Assembly: GCA_037135035.1 (NCBI GenBank)
Contig: JBAXLB010000002.1
Span: forward strand, 71,680 to 135,679
Direction of reading: 5' to 3'
Length of the DNA: 64,000 bases
DNA from: Candidatus Adlerbacteria bacterium
GTDB lineage: Bacteria; Patescibacteriota; Minisyncoccia; Phycocordibacterales; SBAW01
Part shown: one piece after another, positions 1-10,146 of the stretch
How positions within the stretch are numbered: position 1 is the stretch's first letter
Layout of the letters: every line of letters begins with the position of its first letter
Program-made: the position numbers and the translations under genes
The notes under the pieces: model-generated
Seen by the model: the letters and a program-made list of their open reading frames with translations, nothing else
Databases searched by the model: none
What the model was told of the DNA's origin: nothing

Positions 1-1593
1 ATTGTCTTCAATGATACTTCCGCTTGCGTCTTGGATTTTTAATATTGCCTGGGGTTGATACTTCATGCCGTCCTGCGCAAACACGCCGTACGCGCTCGAC
101 ATGTCGAGTAGAGTTACTTCACCACCACCAAGCACCAACGTTAAGCCATATTGGCCCGCCTTACCTAAGGTTGAAATACCCATAGACTTTGCCAATTCAA
201 GCGAGTTGGCAATACCTGCCAAGTACAGAGCCTTAATAGCTGGCACGTTTATAGACTGCGCAAGCGCATCGCGGAGCGTCATAGGGCCGCGGAAGAGCCC
301 GTCGTAGTTAACCGGCGAATAACACGGTGAGGTGCTGTTGGTGGTGTCCCCAGCAGAGCACGAGGTAGAAAATTGCGTTCGCACGTCAAACACAACAGTG
401 TCGGGGGTGTAGCCTTTTTCAAACGCTTCAGCATAGACGAACGGTTTAAATGCAGAACCTGGCTGGCGTTCTGCTAGTGTGACGTTGAAATTTCCACCAA
501 TTTTTGTGTCGAAGTAGTTCCGGGAGCCTACCATTACCAAAATTTGGCCATTGGTGGGGTCGAGGGCTATCATCCCGGTGTTCGATGCGTTAAAATTTTT
601 TTCGTTGCTCGCGGCGTGCCCTTGGACAACTTCTTCGGCTTTTGCTTGCAAGTCTGCATCTAGCGAGGAAGTTATTGTCCAGCCTCCGTGTTGTAGTGCA
701 TCTTCTCCATATTTATTTTCCAAATATTGCTGGACGTAAAATACAAAGTGCGGCGCGGTGATGGAGCTTGTGCGTTGCGGCACAAAGGTCACCTGTTCGG
801 CTTTTGCCTTCGTAGCTTCTTCCGCTGTCAGGTAGCCGTGTTGCTGCATTTCCCGAATGACAAGGTTTTTACGGGCATCAAGTTCTGCTTTGTGGTAACC
901 GTAGGGGGAATAGCGGCTTGGGGCGGGGAGTACAGCGGCAAGGTACGCGGCTTCCGCAACGTCCACGTCCGACGCATGTTTGCCAAAAAATGTTTCGGAC
1001 GCTTGCTCGACCCCGTAGATACTACCCCCGTACGGCGACTGGTTTAAATACAGCTCAAGAATTTGCGACTTTGTGAGTACGCGTTCAAGCTTGAGTGATA
1101 AAATCCATTCTTCAAACTTACGGGCGATACTTTTAGTACTTGTGAGAAGTGTGTTTTTAACCACCTGCTGGGTAATGGTTGAGCCTCCTTGCGACGCAGA
1201 GAGGGTAGTGATGTCGATAAAAATAGCGCGGGCAATGGCGGTGACCTGTATACCACCATGTTGGTAAAAGCCCGGGTCTTCTATTGCGATAGTTGCGTTT
1301 TGAATATTTTGAGAGATCTGGGTGAGAGGCACAACCGTCCGTTGTGCGTCGCTGTTGAGGTTGTACAACAATACGGTGCCGGTGCGGTCATATATTTTTG
1401 TCGACTGTTGGACTTTACGGGTTTGTATGGACGCAAGGTCGGGAATTTGCAGTGTTGCAGCCCACATAAGCAATATTCCTCCTAGTAGAAAGCCTGCGCA
1501 CAAGCCCCATATAACGATTCCTTGTATATGCCGCCGCACAAAACGGCGTAGTCGCCGAATATGTATACGCACCCATTTCAGGAGTTGCCTCAT
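1..1593 (-). CDS. Class A penicillin-binding protein (bifunctional transglycosylase/transpeptidase), 3' end runs off window
   Basis: Reverse-strand translation from ATG (cat at 1591-1593) gives N-terminal TM then GT51 motifs (EDxxFYxHGG, GGSTITQQ, RKxEE) followed by transpeptidase SAFKPF (SxxK); no stop before position 1. Confidence 0.75.
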   Translation of the reverse strand, partial: MRQLLKWVRIHIRRLRRFVRRHIQGIVIWGLCAGFLLGGILLMWAATLQIPDLASIQTRKVQQSTKIYDRTGTVLLYNLNSDAQRTVVPLTQISQNIQNATIAIEDPGFYQHGGIQVTAIARAIFIDITTLSASQGGSTITQQVVKNTLLTSTKSIARKFEEWILSLKLERVLTKSQILELYLNQSPYGGSIYGVEQASETFFGKHASDVDVAEAAYLAAVLPAPSRYSPYGYHKAELDARKNLVIREMQQHGYLTAEEATKAKAEQVTFVPQRTSSITAPHFVFYVQQYLENKYGEDALQHGGWTITSSLDADLQAKAEEVVQGHAASNEKNFNASNTGMIALDPTNGQILVMVGSRNYFDTKIGGNFNVTLAERQPGSAFKPFVYAEAFEKGYTPDTVVFDVRTQFSTSCSAGDTTNSTSPCYSPVNYDGLFRGPMTLRDALAQSINVPAIKALYLAGIANSLELAKSMGISTLGKAGQYGLTLVLGGGEVTLLDMSSAYGVFAQDGMKYQPQAILKIQDASGSIIEDN

Positions 1594-1629
1594 GAGCCCC
1601 CATTCTAACACGCGACCGCCCATGTTACA

Positions 1630-2853
1630 GTGTTTTGCATGGGACTTTTTTCACGCGCTCCGGCAGTTTCGACCGATGAAAAGGAAATAGACAAACTCTT
1701 AAACCGAGGAGTTCTTGTTAGTGTTTTACCTACAAAAGAGGCGTTTCGTGAAAAATTACTTTCTGGTGAACGTTTGCGCATATATATTGGAGCAGACCCT
1801 ACTTCAACCGCCTTGCACTTGAGCCATGCGAAGAATTACATGTTGCTTGAAGATTTTCGTCGTCTTGGTCACGAAGTAATAGTTTTGTTTGGCGACTTTA
1901 CGGCCCAAATTGGTGACCCAACCGAGCGTGCTTCTGTTCGCAAACAGCTAACACCAGAAGATGTTCAGGTAAATATGCAGACATGGAAGAAACAACTCGA
2001 ACCAATTCTAGATTTTTCTGACTCAAAAAATCCGGCACTTGTAAAATTTAATAGCGAATGGTTGGGCAAACTTTCGTTTGCAGATGTTGTACGCCTTGCG
2101 TCGAACTTTACCGTACAGCAAATGCTTGAGAGAGATATGTTTGAGCGTCGCATTAAAGCTGGCGAAATGGTGCATTTGCACGAGTTTCTCTACCCACTTA
2201 TGCAAGGCTATGACAGCGTGGCGATGGAGGTTGACGCGGAAATGGGGGGGACTGACCAAACCTTCAACATGCTTGCGGGCCGTACGTTGATGAAACGTCT
2301 GAAGCAAAAAGATAAATTTGTACTAGTCGTACATTTGCTCGAAAACCCAGTCACTGGTGAGCTAATGTCTAAAAGTCGTGGCACTGGCGTTTTCCTCAAC
2401 GCTACAGCTACAGAAATGTACGGTCAGTTAATGGCACAACCAGATGAAATGACCAAACCTATTTTTATAAACTGCACACGACTACCAAAAGAAGAAATAG
2501 AAACAATTATTTCTATTCACCCTAAAGAAGCAAAGATGCGTTTAGCGCGGGAGATTGTCACGATGTACCACAGTCGGGAGTTGGCAGAAAAAGCAGAACA
2601 AGAGTGGGAAAAAACTTTTTCAAAAGGTGAGGTGCCTGAAGATGTGTTAGTTGTAGAAAAAAAGCCTGAAGGTTTGATGATGTCGGTTGTCTCGGCTGGT
2701 GTTGTAAAGTCAAACACTGAGTTCCGCCAGTTGCTTGCCAGTGGTGCAATTTCTTCTGTGGCAAGTGGAGAGAAAATTACAGACGCACAGTATCAAGCTA
2801 CGAGCGAAGAGGTGATACGTATAGGCAAACACCGCTTTATAAAGATCAAATAA
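1630..2853 (+). CDS. tyrS: Tyrosyl-tRNA synthetase with C-terminal S4-like domain
   Basis: HIGH-region (GADPTSTALHLSH), KMSKS-like LMSKSRGTG, C-terminal S4-type RNA-binding segment; GTG start at 1630 or ATG 1639. Confidence 0.85.
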   Translation: MFCMGLFSRAPAVSTDEKEIDKLLNRGVLVSVLPTKEAFREKLLSGERLRIYIGADPTSTALHLSHAKNYMLLEDFRRLGHEVIVLFGDFTAQIGDPTERASVRKQLTPEDVQVNMQTWKKQLEPILDFSDSKNPALVKFNSEWLGKLSFADVVRLASNFTVQQMLERDMFERRIKAGEMVHLHEFLYPLMQGYDSVAMEVDAEMGGTDQTFNMLAGRTLMKRLKQKDKFVLVVHLLENPVTGELMSKSRGTGVFLNATATEMYGQLMAQPDEMTKPIFINCTRLPKEEIETIISIHPKEAKMRLAREIVTMYHSRELAEKAEQEWEKTFSKGEVPEDVLVVEKKPEGLMMSVVSAGVVKSNTEFRQLLASGAISSVASGEKITDAQYQATSEEVIRIGKHRFIKIK

Positions 2854-2859
2854 AAAAAC

Positions 2860-2888
2860 CGCCACATGGCGGTTTTTTTATTATTCGG
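2860..2888. terminator. Bidirectional intrinsic terminator (A-tract/GC hairpin/T-tract)
   Basis: aaaaaaccgccacatggcggttttttt perfect hairpin flanked by A and T runs between convergent tyrS and ruvC-side genes. Confidence 0.7.
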
Positions 2889-3027
2889 GATCTCTAAGCC
2901 CATTAGGGTCAGTAGGATCTACGTCATCTTCCTTTTCTTCTTCATCATCGACTTCAGAGTCGTCGGTACCTACTTCTTCCTCGTCTCCATCGAGCAAAAA
3001 CTCATCTAACTTAAATTCTTCTGGCAT
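2881..3027 (-). CDS. Hypothetical highly acidic micro-protein (48 aa)
   Basis: Uninterrupted minus-strand ORF MPEEFKLDEFLLDGDEEEVGTDDSEVDDEEEKEDDVDPTDPNGLRDPE; below ORF-track threshold; no clear SD. Confidence 0.2.
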   Translation of the reverse strand: MPEEFKLDEFLLDGDEEEVGTDDSEVDDEEEKEDDVDPTDPNGLRDPE

Positions 3028-3128
3028 ATATGCGTTGCTAACTTAATAATTTACACAGCAATATCCTAGAGTTGTACCAAAACCAGTATTCTTTGCAAGT
3101 CCGCTAAAAAAACTCTGTGGATAAGCAT

Positions 3129-3638
3129 TTACCGAGGGCCTCGGACAGACGCCAAACAGGTCAAACCAATAGCAATTGCATCTATCTCGTCGTCAAGACG
3201 TTTTTTAGCAGGTAGTGATACAAGGCGGGGGACCATCATGCCAACAGCTGACTTGTCGCTCTGGCCGTAGCCGGTAATTGCAACTTTTACCTGTAGCGGT
3301 GTGTATTCGTACACTACAAGCCCGGCCTCGGCAGCAAGATAGAGCAACAGGCCGCGCACAGCCGCAACGTCCATGGCGGTTTTTGCGTTTTTTTCAAAAA
3401 AAACATTTTCAAGTGCGGCACAACCCGGGCCCCACTGTGTGATAAGTTCTTCTGCTGCGCGACCTAGTATTAATAGACGTTCTGCAAACGGCAGGGAAGC
3501 AGAGGTACGTATGCAGTCGGAATGTATCAGTTGTTCTTTACCTTGGACTTTTTCAACCACAGCAACCCCGAGCCTCTCAAAGCCGGGGTCAAAGGCAAGT
3601 ACTCTATTTTTATTAGGCTGCATTTGAGTAAACCTCAC
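3129..3638 (-). CDS. ruvC: Holliday junction resolvase RuvC
   Basis: N-terminal VLAFDPGFERLGVAV and overall RuvC-like length/composition; co-located with ruvB/yebC. Confidence 0.8.
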   Translation of the reverse strand: MRFTQMQPNKNRVLAFDPGFERLGVAVVEKVQGKEQLIHSDCIRTSASLPFAERLLILGRAAEELITQWGPGCAALENVFFEKNAKTAMDVAAVRGLLLYLAAEAGLVVYEYTPLQVKVAITGYGQSDKSAVGMMVPRLVSLPAKKRLDDEIDAIAIGLTCLASVRGPR

Positions 3639-4137
3639 TCACGTCATCGTGTTCTTCAAGTGCGTCGGAGAGGTCGGCCATTTTTTGTGAGTCCTCGTCC
3701 GAAAGTTCGATAGCAGAAAGAGGTTCAAAGCTGCCCGCAGCATTTTTTTGGAAAGCCCACAGTGCGGCACCGGGTGTCGCGATACTTCCGCCATGCAGGC
3801 TTAAGAGATGCTTCAATTCCTGCGAGGTGCGGTTACGCGAGTCAGTGTAGCCTTCGATAATAAGTGCACAGCCGCCCGGACCATAGGCTTCGTATACAAC
3901 CTGTTCAAGTTCTTTTCCGTCCGATTTACTTAGTGCGCGCTCGATGTTGTTCGCAGGCATGTTTGCAGCTTTTGCTTTTTCGACTGCTTGGCGTACACCT
4001 GGAGCTGTTTTGTCGCCCCTCGCTTTTTTAAGTTCACCTCCAATAATTTTAACCAACTTACTGAAAAGCTTCGATTTTTGTGTGTCTGTTTTACCTTTAG
4101 TGTGTTTTAATTTCGCCCACTTGCTATGTCCTGACAT
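3613..4137 (-). CDS. yebC: YebC/PmpR family transcriptional regulator (short form)
   Basis: N-terminal MSGHSKWAKLKHTKG signature of YebC family; sits between ruvB and ruvC as in many bacteria. Confidence 0.8.
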   Translation of the reverse strand: MSGHSKWAKLKHTKGKTDTQKSKLFSKLVKIIGGELKKARGDKTAPGVRQAVEKAKAANMPANNIERALSKSDGKELEQVVYEAYGPGGCALIIEGYTDSRNRTSQELKHLLSLHGGSIATPGAALWAFQKNAAGSFEPLSAIELSDEDSQKMADLSDALEEHDDVSEVYSNAA

Positions 4138-4149
4138 ATGCAGACAATA

Positions 4150-5172
4150 TTACAATAATTTCTCGTGTAAGTTTGCAGGCGGTGTACGGCCCACGTGTGC
4201 ATAGGCAGCGGCAGTTGCAACACGGCCGCGTGGTGTGCGTTCGATAAGGCCGAGCTGCAACAAGAAGGGCTCGTGTACTTCAGAAATTGTCGTAGGCTCT
4301 TCTGACAGTGCTGCGCCAAGTGCGGCAACTCCCGCGGGGCCTCCGTTAAAGCGCTCGATAAGCGCAACAAGTAGTTTGCGGTCTATGGGCGTAAGGCCCA
4401 GCGCGTCCACTTCTAAAAGCCCTAGCGCGTCGGACACAATAGTTTCTGAAAGGGGAAGGCGTTTAAGTTGTGCAAAGTCGCGTGCGCGTTTAAGAAGGTA
4501 GTTTGCAGTACGTGGTGTTGCGCGGCTGCGTTTTGCAATTTCACGCACGCCCCCTTCTTCAATATCAACACCTAAAATGCCCGCCGAGCGCCGTACGATG
4601 TCGGCAATATTGTCTTCCGAATAAAATTCGAGTCGAAATACGCCCCCAGAAAAACGCGAACGCAGCGGGGCCGAAAGGTCTGCAACGCGGGTTGTGGCAG
4701 CGATAAGTGTAAACGGCGGTAGCGGCAACTCAAGCGTACGAGCAGAGGGACCTTTGCCGATGATTATATTAAGTGCACCCGACTCCATAGCAGGGTAGAG
4801 CACTTCCTCGATAGTGCGCGAGAGACGGTGGATTTCGTCGATAAACAGCACGTCGCCAGGGACAAGGTTAGTGAGCAGTGCGGCCAAGTCGCCAACACGT
4901 TCAATTGCGGGGCCGGACGTAGAACGCAAGTTGCCGCCCAGTTCTTTTGCAATTAAGTGGGCGAGTGTTGTTTTACCTAAACCCGGCGGCCCATAAAAAA
5001 GAATGTGTTCGGGAGGGTTGCCGCGCTCTTTTGCTGCAGAAAGTAAAATATGTAAATTGCTTTTAACAGTGTCTTGCCCAATATATTCGTCAAACGACGA
5101 TGGCCGCAGGGTTTGGTCAAGAAAGGTATCGTTCCTTGGTATAAATTTTTCTTCCTCAGAGGTACTTGACAT
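4150..5172 (-). CDS. ruvB: Holliday junction branch migration ATPase RuvB
   Basis: [12 protein letters not shown]..., Walker [12 protein letters not shown], RuvB C-terminal winged helix region. Confidence 0.9.
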   Translation of the reverse strand: MSSTSEEEKFIPRNDTFLDQTLRPSSFDEYIGQDTVKSNLHILLSAAKERGNPPEHILFYGPPGLGKTTLAHLIAKELGGNLRSTSGPAIERVGDLAALLTNLVPGDVLFIDEIHRLSRTIEEVLYPAMESGALNIIIGKGPSARTLELPLPPFTLIAATTRVADLSAPLRSRFSGGVFRLEFYSEDNIADIVRRSAGILGVDIEEGGVREIAKRSRATPRTANYLLKRARDFAQLKRLPLSETIVSDALGLLEVDALGLTPIDRKLLVALIERFNGGPAGVAALGAALSEEPTTISEVHEPFLLQLGLIERTPRGRVATAAAYAHVGRTPPANLHEKLL

Positions 5173-5491
5173 AAAATCGATACTATGCTAACCTTGTTTC
5201 AGATCTCGCATGGCGCGAGTTTTTTATTACCTCATTCGGAAAACGACTTTCGAGCGTGCATATCTCTAAGCAATGAGCCTGCAAGGGTTTTGGAGCCATT
5301 ACAAGGACGTTTCGGCACCCACTTAACGGTGGAATGCGGGGGTTATCCTCAGAACTGGTCCTCCGCTTTTTTGCTGGTCAAAAAAGATTATTGCTTAGAG
5401 GTACGCGCTCTCGATATACTTCGAGAACCTGTCTCTACTGTACTCCTACCCCGAGTTCCCGCAACGTTGACCGTGCGGTTTTTTGTGCTTT

Positions 5492-7192
5492 TTATACAGC
5501 GTCCAAATCAACAACACGTCGCAGCTCTTCCAAGCTGGTGATACCACGCAAACATTTTAAAATACCGTCTTCTTGCATTGTTGGGACACCTTGCGAACGA
5601 GAGGTGGTTGCTATCTCGCGCTCACTCGGTTTGCTGCGCAAAATTTCTTCAACAGCGCGGTCCATAAAAATAGCTTCATAAATGCCAATGCGGCCTTTGT
5701 ACCCACGACCGTGACATTGTTCGCATCCCGCTTCGTTTGCTACAGATATTTGCGACGTATTTTCAGGCACTAGTGACTTGTCGACAATACTATCTAGATA
5801 TTTTTTTAATGTCGCGGCCTCTTCGGTATTTGCTGGGCGAGTTGTTTTGCATGCAGTGCAGAGTTTGCGCAACAAGCGCTGTGCCATCGCAACGCTCACC
5901 GCAGAGGAGAGCACTTTTTCGCTGACGCCGAGGTCTATAAGGCGGGGGAACGAGCCCGCTGCGTCGTTGGTGTGCAGAGTTGAAAACACTAAGTGGCCTG
6001 TGAGCGCTGCGTTAATCGCAACTTCTGCCACCTCAGCATCGCGGATTTCGCCGACCATAATAATGTCAGGGTCCTGTCGCAAAGCAGAACGCAAGCCCGC
6101 GGCAAAGGTGTAGTTTTTTTTGTCGACCTGTGTTTGCACAATGCCGTTTAGGTGATATTCGACTGGGTCTTCAATAGTAATTATTTTTGTTTCGGTGCTG
6201 TTGACCTTACGCATAAACGCGTAGAGCGTTGTTGTCTTACCGCTACCGGTGGGGCCGGTTGTCAAAATCATGCCGTTTGGTTTTGCAATTTCTTTTGCGA
6301 TTTTCTCGAGCAACTTTGGTTCGATACCGAGTTCTTCCAGGGGTACGGCAATAGACTTTGGGTTCAAAATACGCAAGACCATCGTCTCGGCATAGTTGCC
6401 AGGCAAAATAGAGGTGCGCAATTCTATTTCGTCGCCTTTTACTTTGATACTAAAACGCCCGTCTTGCGCGTCGGCAACAATGTTTAATTTCAAGCCCGAA
6501 AGAAGTTTGAGGCGCGACAACACCAGGCGATACGTTTCGTGGTCAAACGTCAGTACGTCGATAAGCACGCCGTCTAGGCGGTAGCGCAAGCGCACGGCAG
6601 CCTCTTCTGGTTCAAAGTGGATGTCGGATGCGCCAGTTGAAAGCCCTCCCGCCAAAATAACTTCCAATATGCGGGTAATGCGGTATGTGTGCTTCATCGA
6701 CTTAACTGCTTCGTCTATAAGTGCACCGATGTCTGCCAAGCCTTTTACTTTTACAAGAATTTCTTCAAGTTCAGTATTAGAAAGATTAAACACCCCAGCC
6801 TTTGACTCTGTTGCGTAGGAGAGTTCCGAGTAGTGGTCGTAGGCACGCTTTAAACTTTCCTTCGATGCCATAAACAGCACCGGTGTGTAACCAGCTTCTG
6901 TAAGCCGCTTAACTTCTTCCTGCACTTTTGGGTTAAGCGGGGCGCGTACGGCAAGACTTATGCGTTTGCCGACAAGCCCGAATGCTGCCATTTCTGCAGC
7001 GCGCGCTACAGCATCGGGTATTAGGCGCAATGCATCGCTGTTAACTGCAACAAGCGAAAGGTCGATATAGTCGACGCCATATTTGTGTGACAACATTTGC
7101 GACAACTCTTCTTCCTCGCGGCGTTTGAGGAAGTCGACGTGCTTTTCTTGTTCATCATCTCCAAAGACTACAGTCATATATACATCATACAA
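5492..7192 (-). CDS. pilB: Type IV pilus assembly ATPase PilB/GspE family
   Basis: N-terminal GspE_N-like domain, Walker A GPTGSGKTTTL, tetracysteine motif CxxC...CxxC (CTAC...CEQC), 566 aa. Confidence 0.85.
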   Translation of the reverse strand: MYDVYMTVVFGDDEQEKHVDFLKRREEEELSQMLSHKYGVDYIDLSLVAVNSDALRLIPDAVARAAEMAAFGLVGKRISLAVRAPLNPKVQEEVKRLTEAGYTPVLFMASKESLKRAYDHYSELSYATESKAGVFNLSNTELEEILVKVKGLADIGALIDEAVKSMKHTYRITRILEVILAGGLSTGASDIHFEPEEAAVRLRYRLDGVLIDVLTFDHETYRLVLSRLKLLSGLKLNIVADAQDGRFSIKVKGDEIELRTSILPGNYAETMVLRILNPKSIAVPLEELGIEPKLLEKIAKEIAKPNGMILTTGPTGSGKTTTLYAFMRKVNSTETKIITIEDPVEYHLNGIVQTQVDKKNYTFAAGLRSALRQDPDIIMVGEIRDAEVAEVAINAALTGHLVFSTLHTNDAAGSFPRLIDLGVSEKVLSSAVSVAMAQRLLRKLCTACKTTRPANTEEAATLKKYLDSIVDKSLVPENTSQISVANEAGCEQCHGRGYKGRIGIYEAIFMDRAVEEILRSKPSEREIATTSRSQGVPTMQEDGILKCLRGITSLEELRRVVDLDAV

Positions 7193-7225
7193 CGCATTTC
7201 TCCAGAAATTTGCTAGACTGCCCGT

Positions 7226-7699
7226 ATGAAAGTACAGAAAGAAGAACTGCCCAACTTTGTGCAGGAAGTATTGGCAAGAGCCTTCGCGGAACCCTCTGCG
7301 TCGATCTCCGGCTCCGCAACCGGATTCCGCTCCGGCTCAACGGCGTTTGTGATAGCCCTGCGCGGGAACTTGGGTGCAGGTAAGACAACATTTACACAAA
7401 GCCTGGCCCAGGCGCTTGGTGTTACAGACACGGTGCAAAGCCCAACGTACGTATTAATGAAGTCGTATCCAATCTCATTCGGTCGTTTTAAAAAATTAGT
7501 GCACATAGATGCATACCGGCTGGATGCGCCCGAGCAATTTAGTGCACTCCTGCCTGAGCAGTTTCTTTCCGACAAAGAGGTGCTGGTTGTTATTGAATGG
7601 CCGGAACGTGTCGAAGGGCAGCTCCCAAAACCCGATGTTGTATTAAATTTTTCTGCTGATGGCGCAAGTGAGGAAGAGCGGTATATTGAAGTAGCATGA
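7226..7699 (+). CDS. tsaE: tRNA threonylcarbamoyladenosine biosynthesis protein TsaE
   Basis: GNLGAGKTTFTQ Walker A plus SPTYVLMKSY and HIDAYRL motifs typical of YjeE/TsaE. Confidence 0.8.
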   Translation: MKVQKEELPNFVQEVLARAFAEPSASISGSATGFRSGSTAFVIALRGNLGAGKTTFTQSLAQALGVTDTVQSPTYVLMKSYPISFGRFKKLVHIDAYRLDAPEQFSALLPEQFLSDKEVLVVIEWPERVEGQLPKPDVVLNFSADGASEEERYIEVA

Positions 7700-10146
7700 A
7701 GGAAAAAAAGCGGCTGGTGATTTTGGATACTCACGCGATTTTGCATCGCGGGTACCATGCGTTGCCCGACTTTGTGTCTAAAAAAGGGGAGCCAACCGGT
7801 GCATTGTATGGGCTCGTGTCGATGTTGCTCAAAATTGCTACAGACTTAAAACCCGACTATGTCGTTGCAGCGTTCGACTTGCCCGGCCCCACGCATCGCC
7901 ACTTGGCGTATGAAAAATATAAAGCACAACGCAAGGAAACCGACGACGCGCTGGTGGCGCAGATTATCCGTAGTCGCGATGTGTTAGCAGCTTTTGGTAT
8001 CCCGCTCTATGAGTGCGAAGGCTTTGAAGCCGACGACGTTATAGGCACCGTTGCAGAGGAGATGAAAAAAACAAAGGTCGACTTAGTTATCGCATCAGGC
8101 GACATGGACATGTTGCAGCTTGTCGATGACGACCGTGTGCGTGTATTTACATTTAAAAAAGGCATAGCGGATACAATTTTATACAACGAAGCGGCGGTTA
8201 TAGAACGGTTTCAATTTGGGCCAGAATTAATTCCCGACTACAAAGGTTTGCGCGGCGACCCGTCGGACAACATTCCAGGTGTTAAAGGCATTGGCGAAAA
8301 AACTGCAGGCATTTTAATTTCGCAATTTGGTAGTGTCGAGAACATATATAAGACGCTAAAAAAGAATCCAGAGAAGTTAGTCGAAGCTGGGATAAAAGAC
8401 GGCATGATGGAAAAGTTGAGGGGAGGGGAGGAAGACGCGCTATTTTCCAAAGGGTTGGCGCAAATTCGCCTCGATGCGCCTATCAATTTTGTAATGCCCG
8501 AACACGAATGGCAGGAGAGTATCTCACGCGAAAAAGTACTGGCAATGTTTGCAGAGTTTGATTTCCGCTCGTTGTTGCCGCGAGTGAATAAATTATTTAA
8601 CACTGGAGGCTCCGAGCAAATTGCTCTTTCGAAAAAGTCCTCGGATCTCCTTGCTACGCACGGCCAGACTTTTTCTCAGGACAATTTGCTCTCCGTTTCT
8701 GGGCAGGCTGACATGTTTGCAGAGATGGCTCCTGTGGAAGATGTGCCAAAAGATGAATTTGCAAAAATAGCATTGGCAGTTTCTGTACTTGACCCAACAA
8801 TTACAGAGCCAACTTTAGACGACATGTATCGTGTGGGACGGGCAGAGAAATTTGCCGAGGCCGGAGCCAATATTTTGGCCGACATTCAAAAAGAGAAGCT
8901 TGAGTTTATATACGAAAAGATGGAACTGCCGCTTTCGCCTGTGTTGCGTGCAATGGAGGCGCGGGGCGTGTTGGTAGACCGTAAGTTTTTGAAGAATTTG
9001 TCGGAGAAGTATCATACAGAACTCGACGCTCTTGCAAAACGTATTTTTACAGCAGCAGGACAGGAGTTTAATATCAACTCACCTAAGCAGTTGGGCGACA
9101 TATTGTTTGACACTCTTGGGCTTGCAGTAAAAAACCAAAAAAAGACAGCCGGGGGACAGCGTTCCACACGTGAGTCGGAGCTGGAAAAGATGCGCGAACT
9201 ACACCCGATTGTTGGCGACATTTTGCAGCATCGTGAATTACAAAAACTGCTTTCAACCTACATCGACACTATTCCGCAACTGCTCGACAGTGGCGACCGC
9301 TTGCATACGTCGTATGTACAAATTGGCGCATCCACAGGGCGCATGGCGTCTAAAAACCCGAACTTGCAAAACATTCCTATCAAGACAGAACTTGGCCGGG
9401 CAATACGCCACGCGTTTGTTGCAAGCGAGGGAATGGAATTGGTGTCGTTCGATTATTCACAAATTGAACTTCGTATTGCGGCACTCCTTTCAAAAGACGA
9501 GTCGCTTATAGATATTTTTAAAAACGGTCGCGATGTCCATACAGAAGTTGCGACACGCGTGTTCCACGTGCAGCCGGAAGATGTTTCATACGAGCAACGT
9601 CGCCGTGCGAAAGTTATTAACTTCGGCATTCTCTACGGTATGGGTGTAAATGCACTGCGCGAGTCTTTGGGTACGACACGCAGCGAAGCGCAGGAATTTT
9701 ATAACCAATACTTTGAAGCATTTCCACGTTTGGCCGCCTACTTAGACGAAATAAAAGGAGACGCTGCGCGGCAGGGCTACACAGAAACTTTTTTTGGGCG
9801 CAAACGTTACGTGGAAGGCATTAAATCAAGCATTCCTTTTGTACGTGCTGCAGCGGAGCGTGCTGCGGTAAATGCGCCGTTCCAGGGCAGCGCCGCCGAC
9901 ATGCTCAAGCTTGCAATGGTCCACATAGGTGCGTGGGTTGCGAAAGAAACAGACGTACATATGCTCTTGCAAGTACACGACGAATTGGTGTTTGAAATTA
10001 AGAAAGATGCTGTACAAGGTGCCGCCGCACATATAAAGAAACTAATGGAGCAGGTGGTAGACGCGAAAGACGCGCACGGCATCCCGTTTACTGCGGAAGG
10101 TAAGGTGGGAACTAACTGGGGCGAGATGAAGGAATTAAAAATATGA
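7696..10146 (+). CDS. polA: DNA polymerase I (5'-3' exonuclease + polymerase domains)
   Basis: N-terminal FEN-like domain, C-terminal family-A polymerase motifs (DYSQIELR, RRAKVINFGILYG, QVHDELVFE); start overlaps tsaE stop. Confidence 0.9.
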   Translation: MKEKKRLVILDTHAILHRGYHALPDFVSKKGEPTGALYGLVSMLLKIATDLKPDYVVAAFDLPGPTHRHLAYEKYKAQRKETDDALVAQIIRSRDVLAAFGIPLYECEGFEADDVIGTVAEEMKKTKVDLVIASGDMDMLQLVDDDRVRVFTFKKGIADTILYNEAAVIERFQFGPELIPDYKGLRGDPSDNIPGVKGIGEKTAGILISQFGSVENIYKTLKKNPEKLVEAGIKDGMMEKLRGGEEDALFSKGLAQIRLDAPINFVMPEHEWQESISREKVLAMFAEFDFRSLLPRVNKLFNTGGSEQIALSKKSSDLLATHGQTFSQDNLLSVSGQADMFAEMAPVEDVPKDEFAKIALAVSVLDPTITEPTLDDMYRVGRAEKFAEAGANILADIQKEKLEFIYEKMELPLSPVLRAMEARGVLVDRKFLKNLSEKYHTELDALAKRIFTAAGQEFNINSPKQLGDILFDTLGLAVKNQKKTAGGQRSTRESELEKMRELHPIVGDILQHRELQKLLSTYIDTIPQLLDSGDRLHTSYVQIGASTGRMASKNPNLQNIPIKTELGRAIRHAFVASEGMELVSFDYSQIELRIAALLSKDESLIDIFKNGRDVHTEVATRVFHVQPEDVSYEQRRRAKVINFGILYGMGVNALRESLGTTRSEAQEFYNQYFEAFPRLAAYLDEIKGDAARQGYTETFFGRKRYVEGIKSSIPFVRAAAERAAVNAPFQGSAADMLKLAMVHIGAWVAKETDVHMLLQVHDELVFEIKKDAVQGAAAHIKKLMEQVVDAKDAHGIPFTAEGKVGTNWGEMKELKI

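Noticed and set aside
7213-7758. 181-aa minus-strand ORF
   Set aside because: Lies entirely antisense to tsaE and the polA start; low-complexity Ser/Arg-rich translation; the sense-strand genes have clear family signatures
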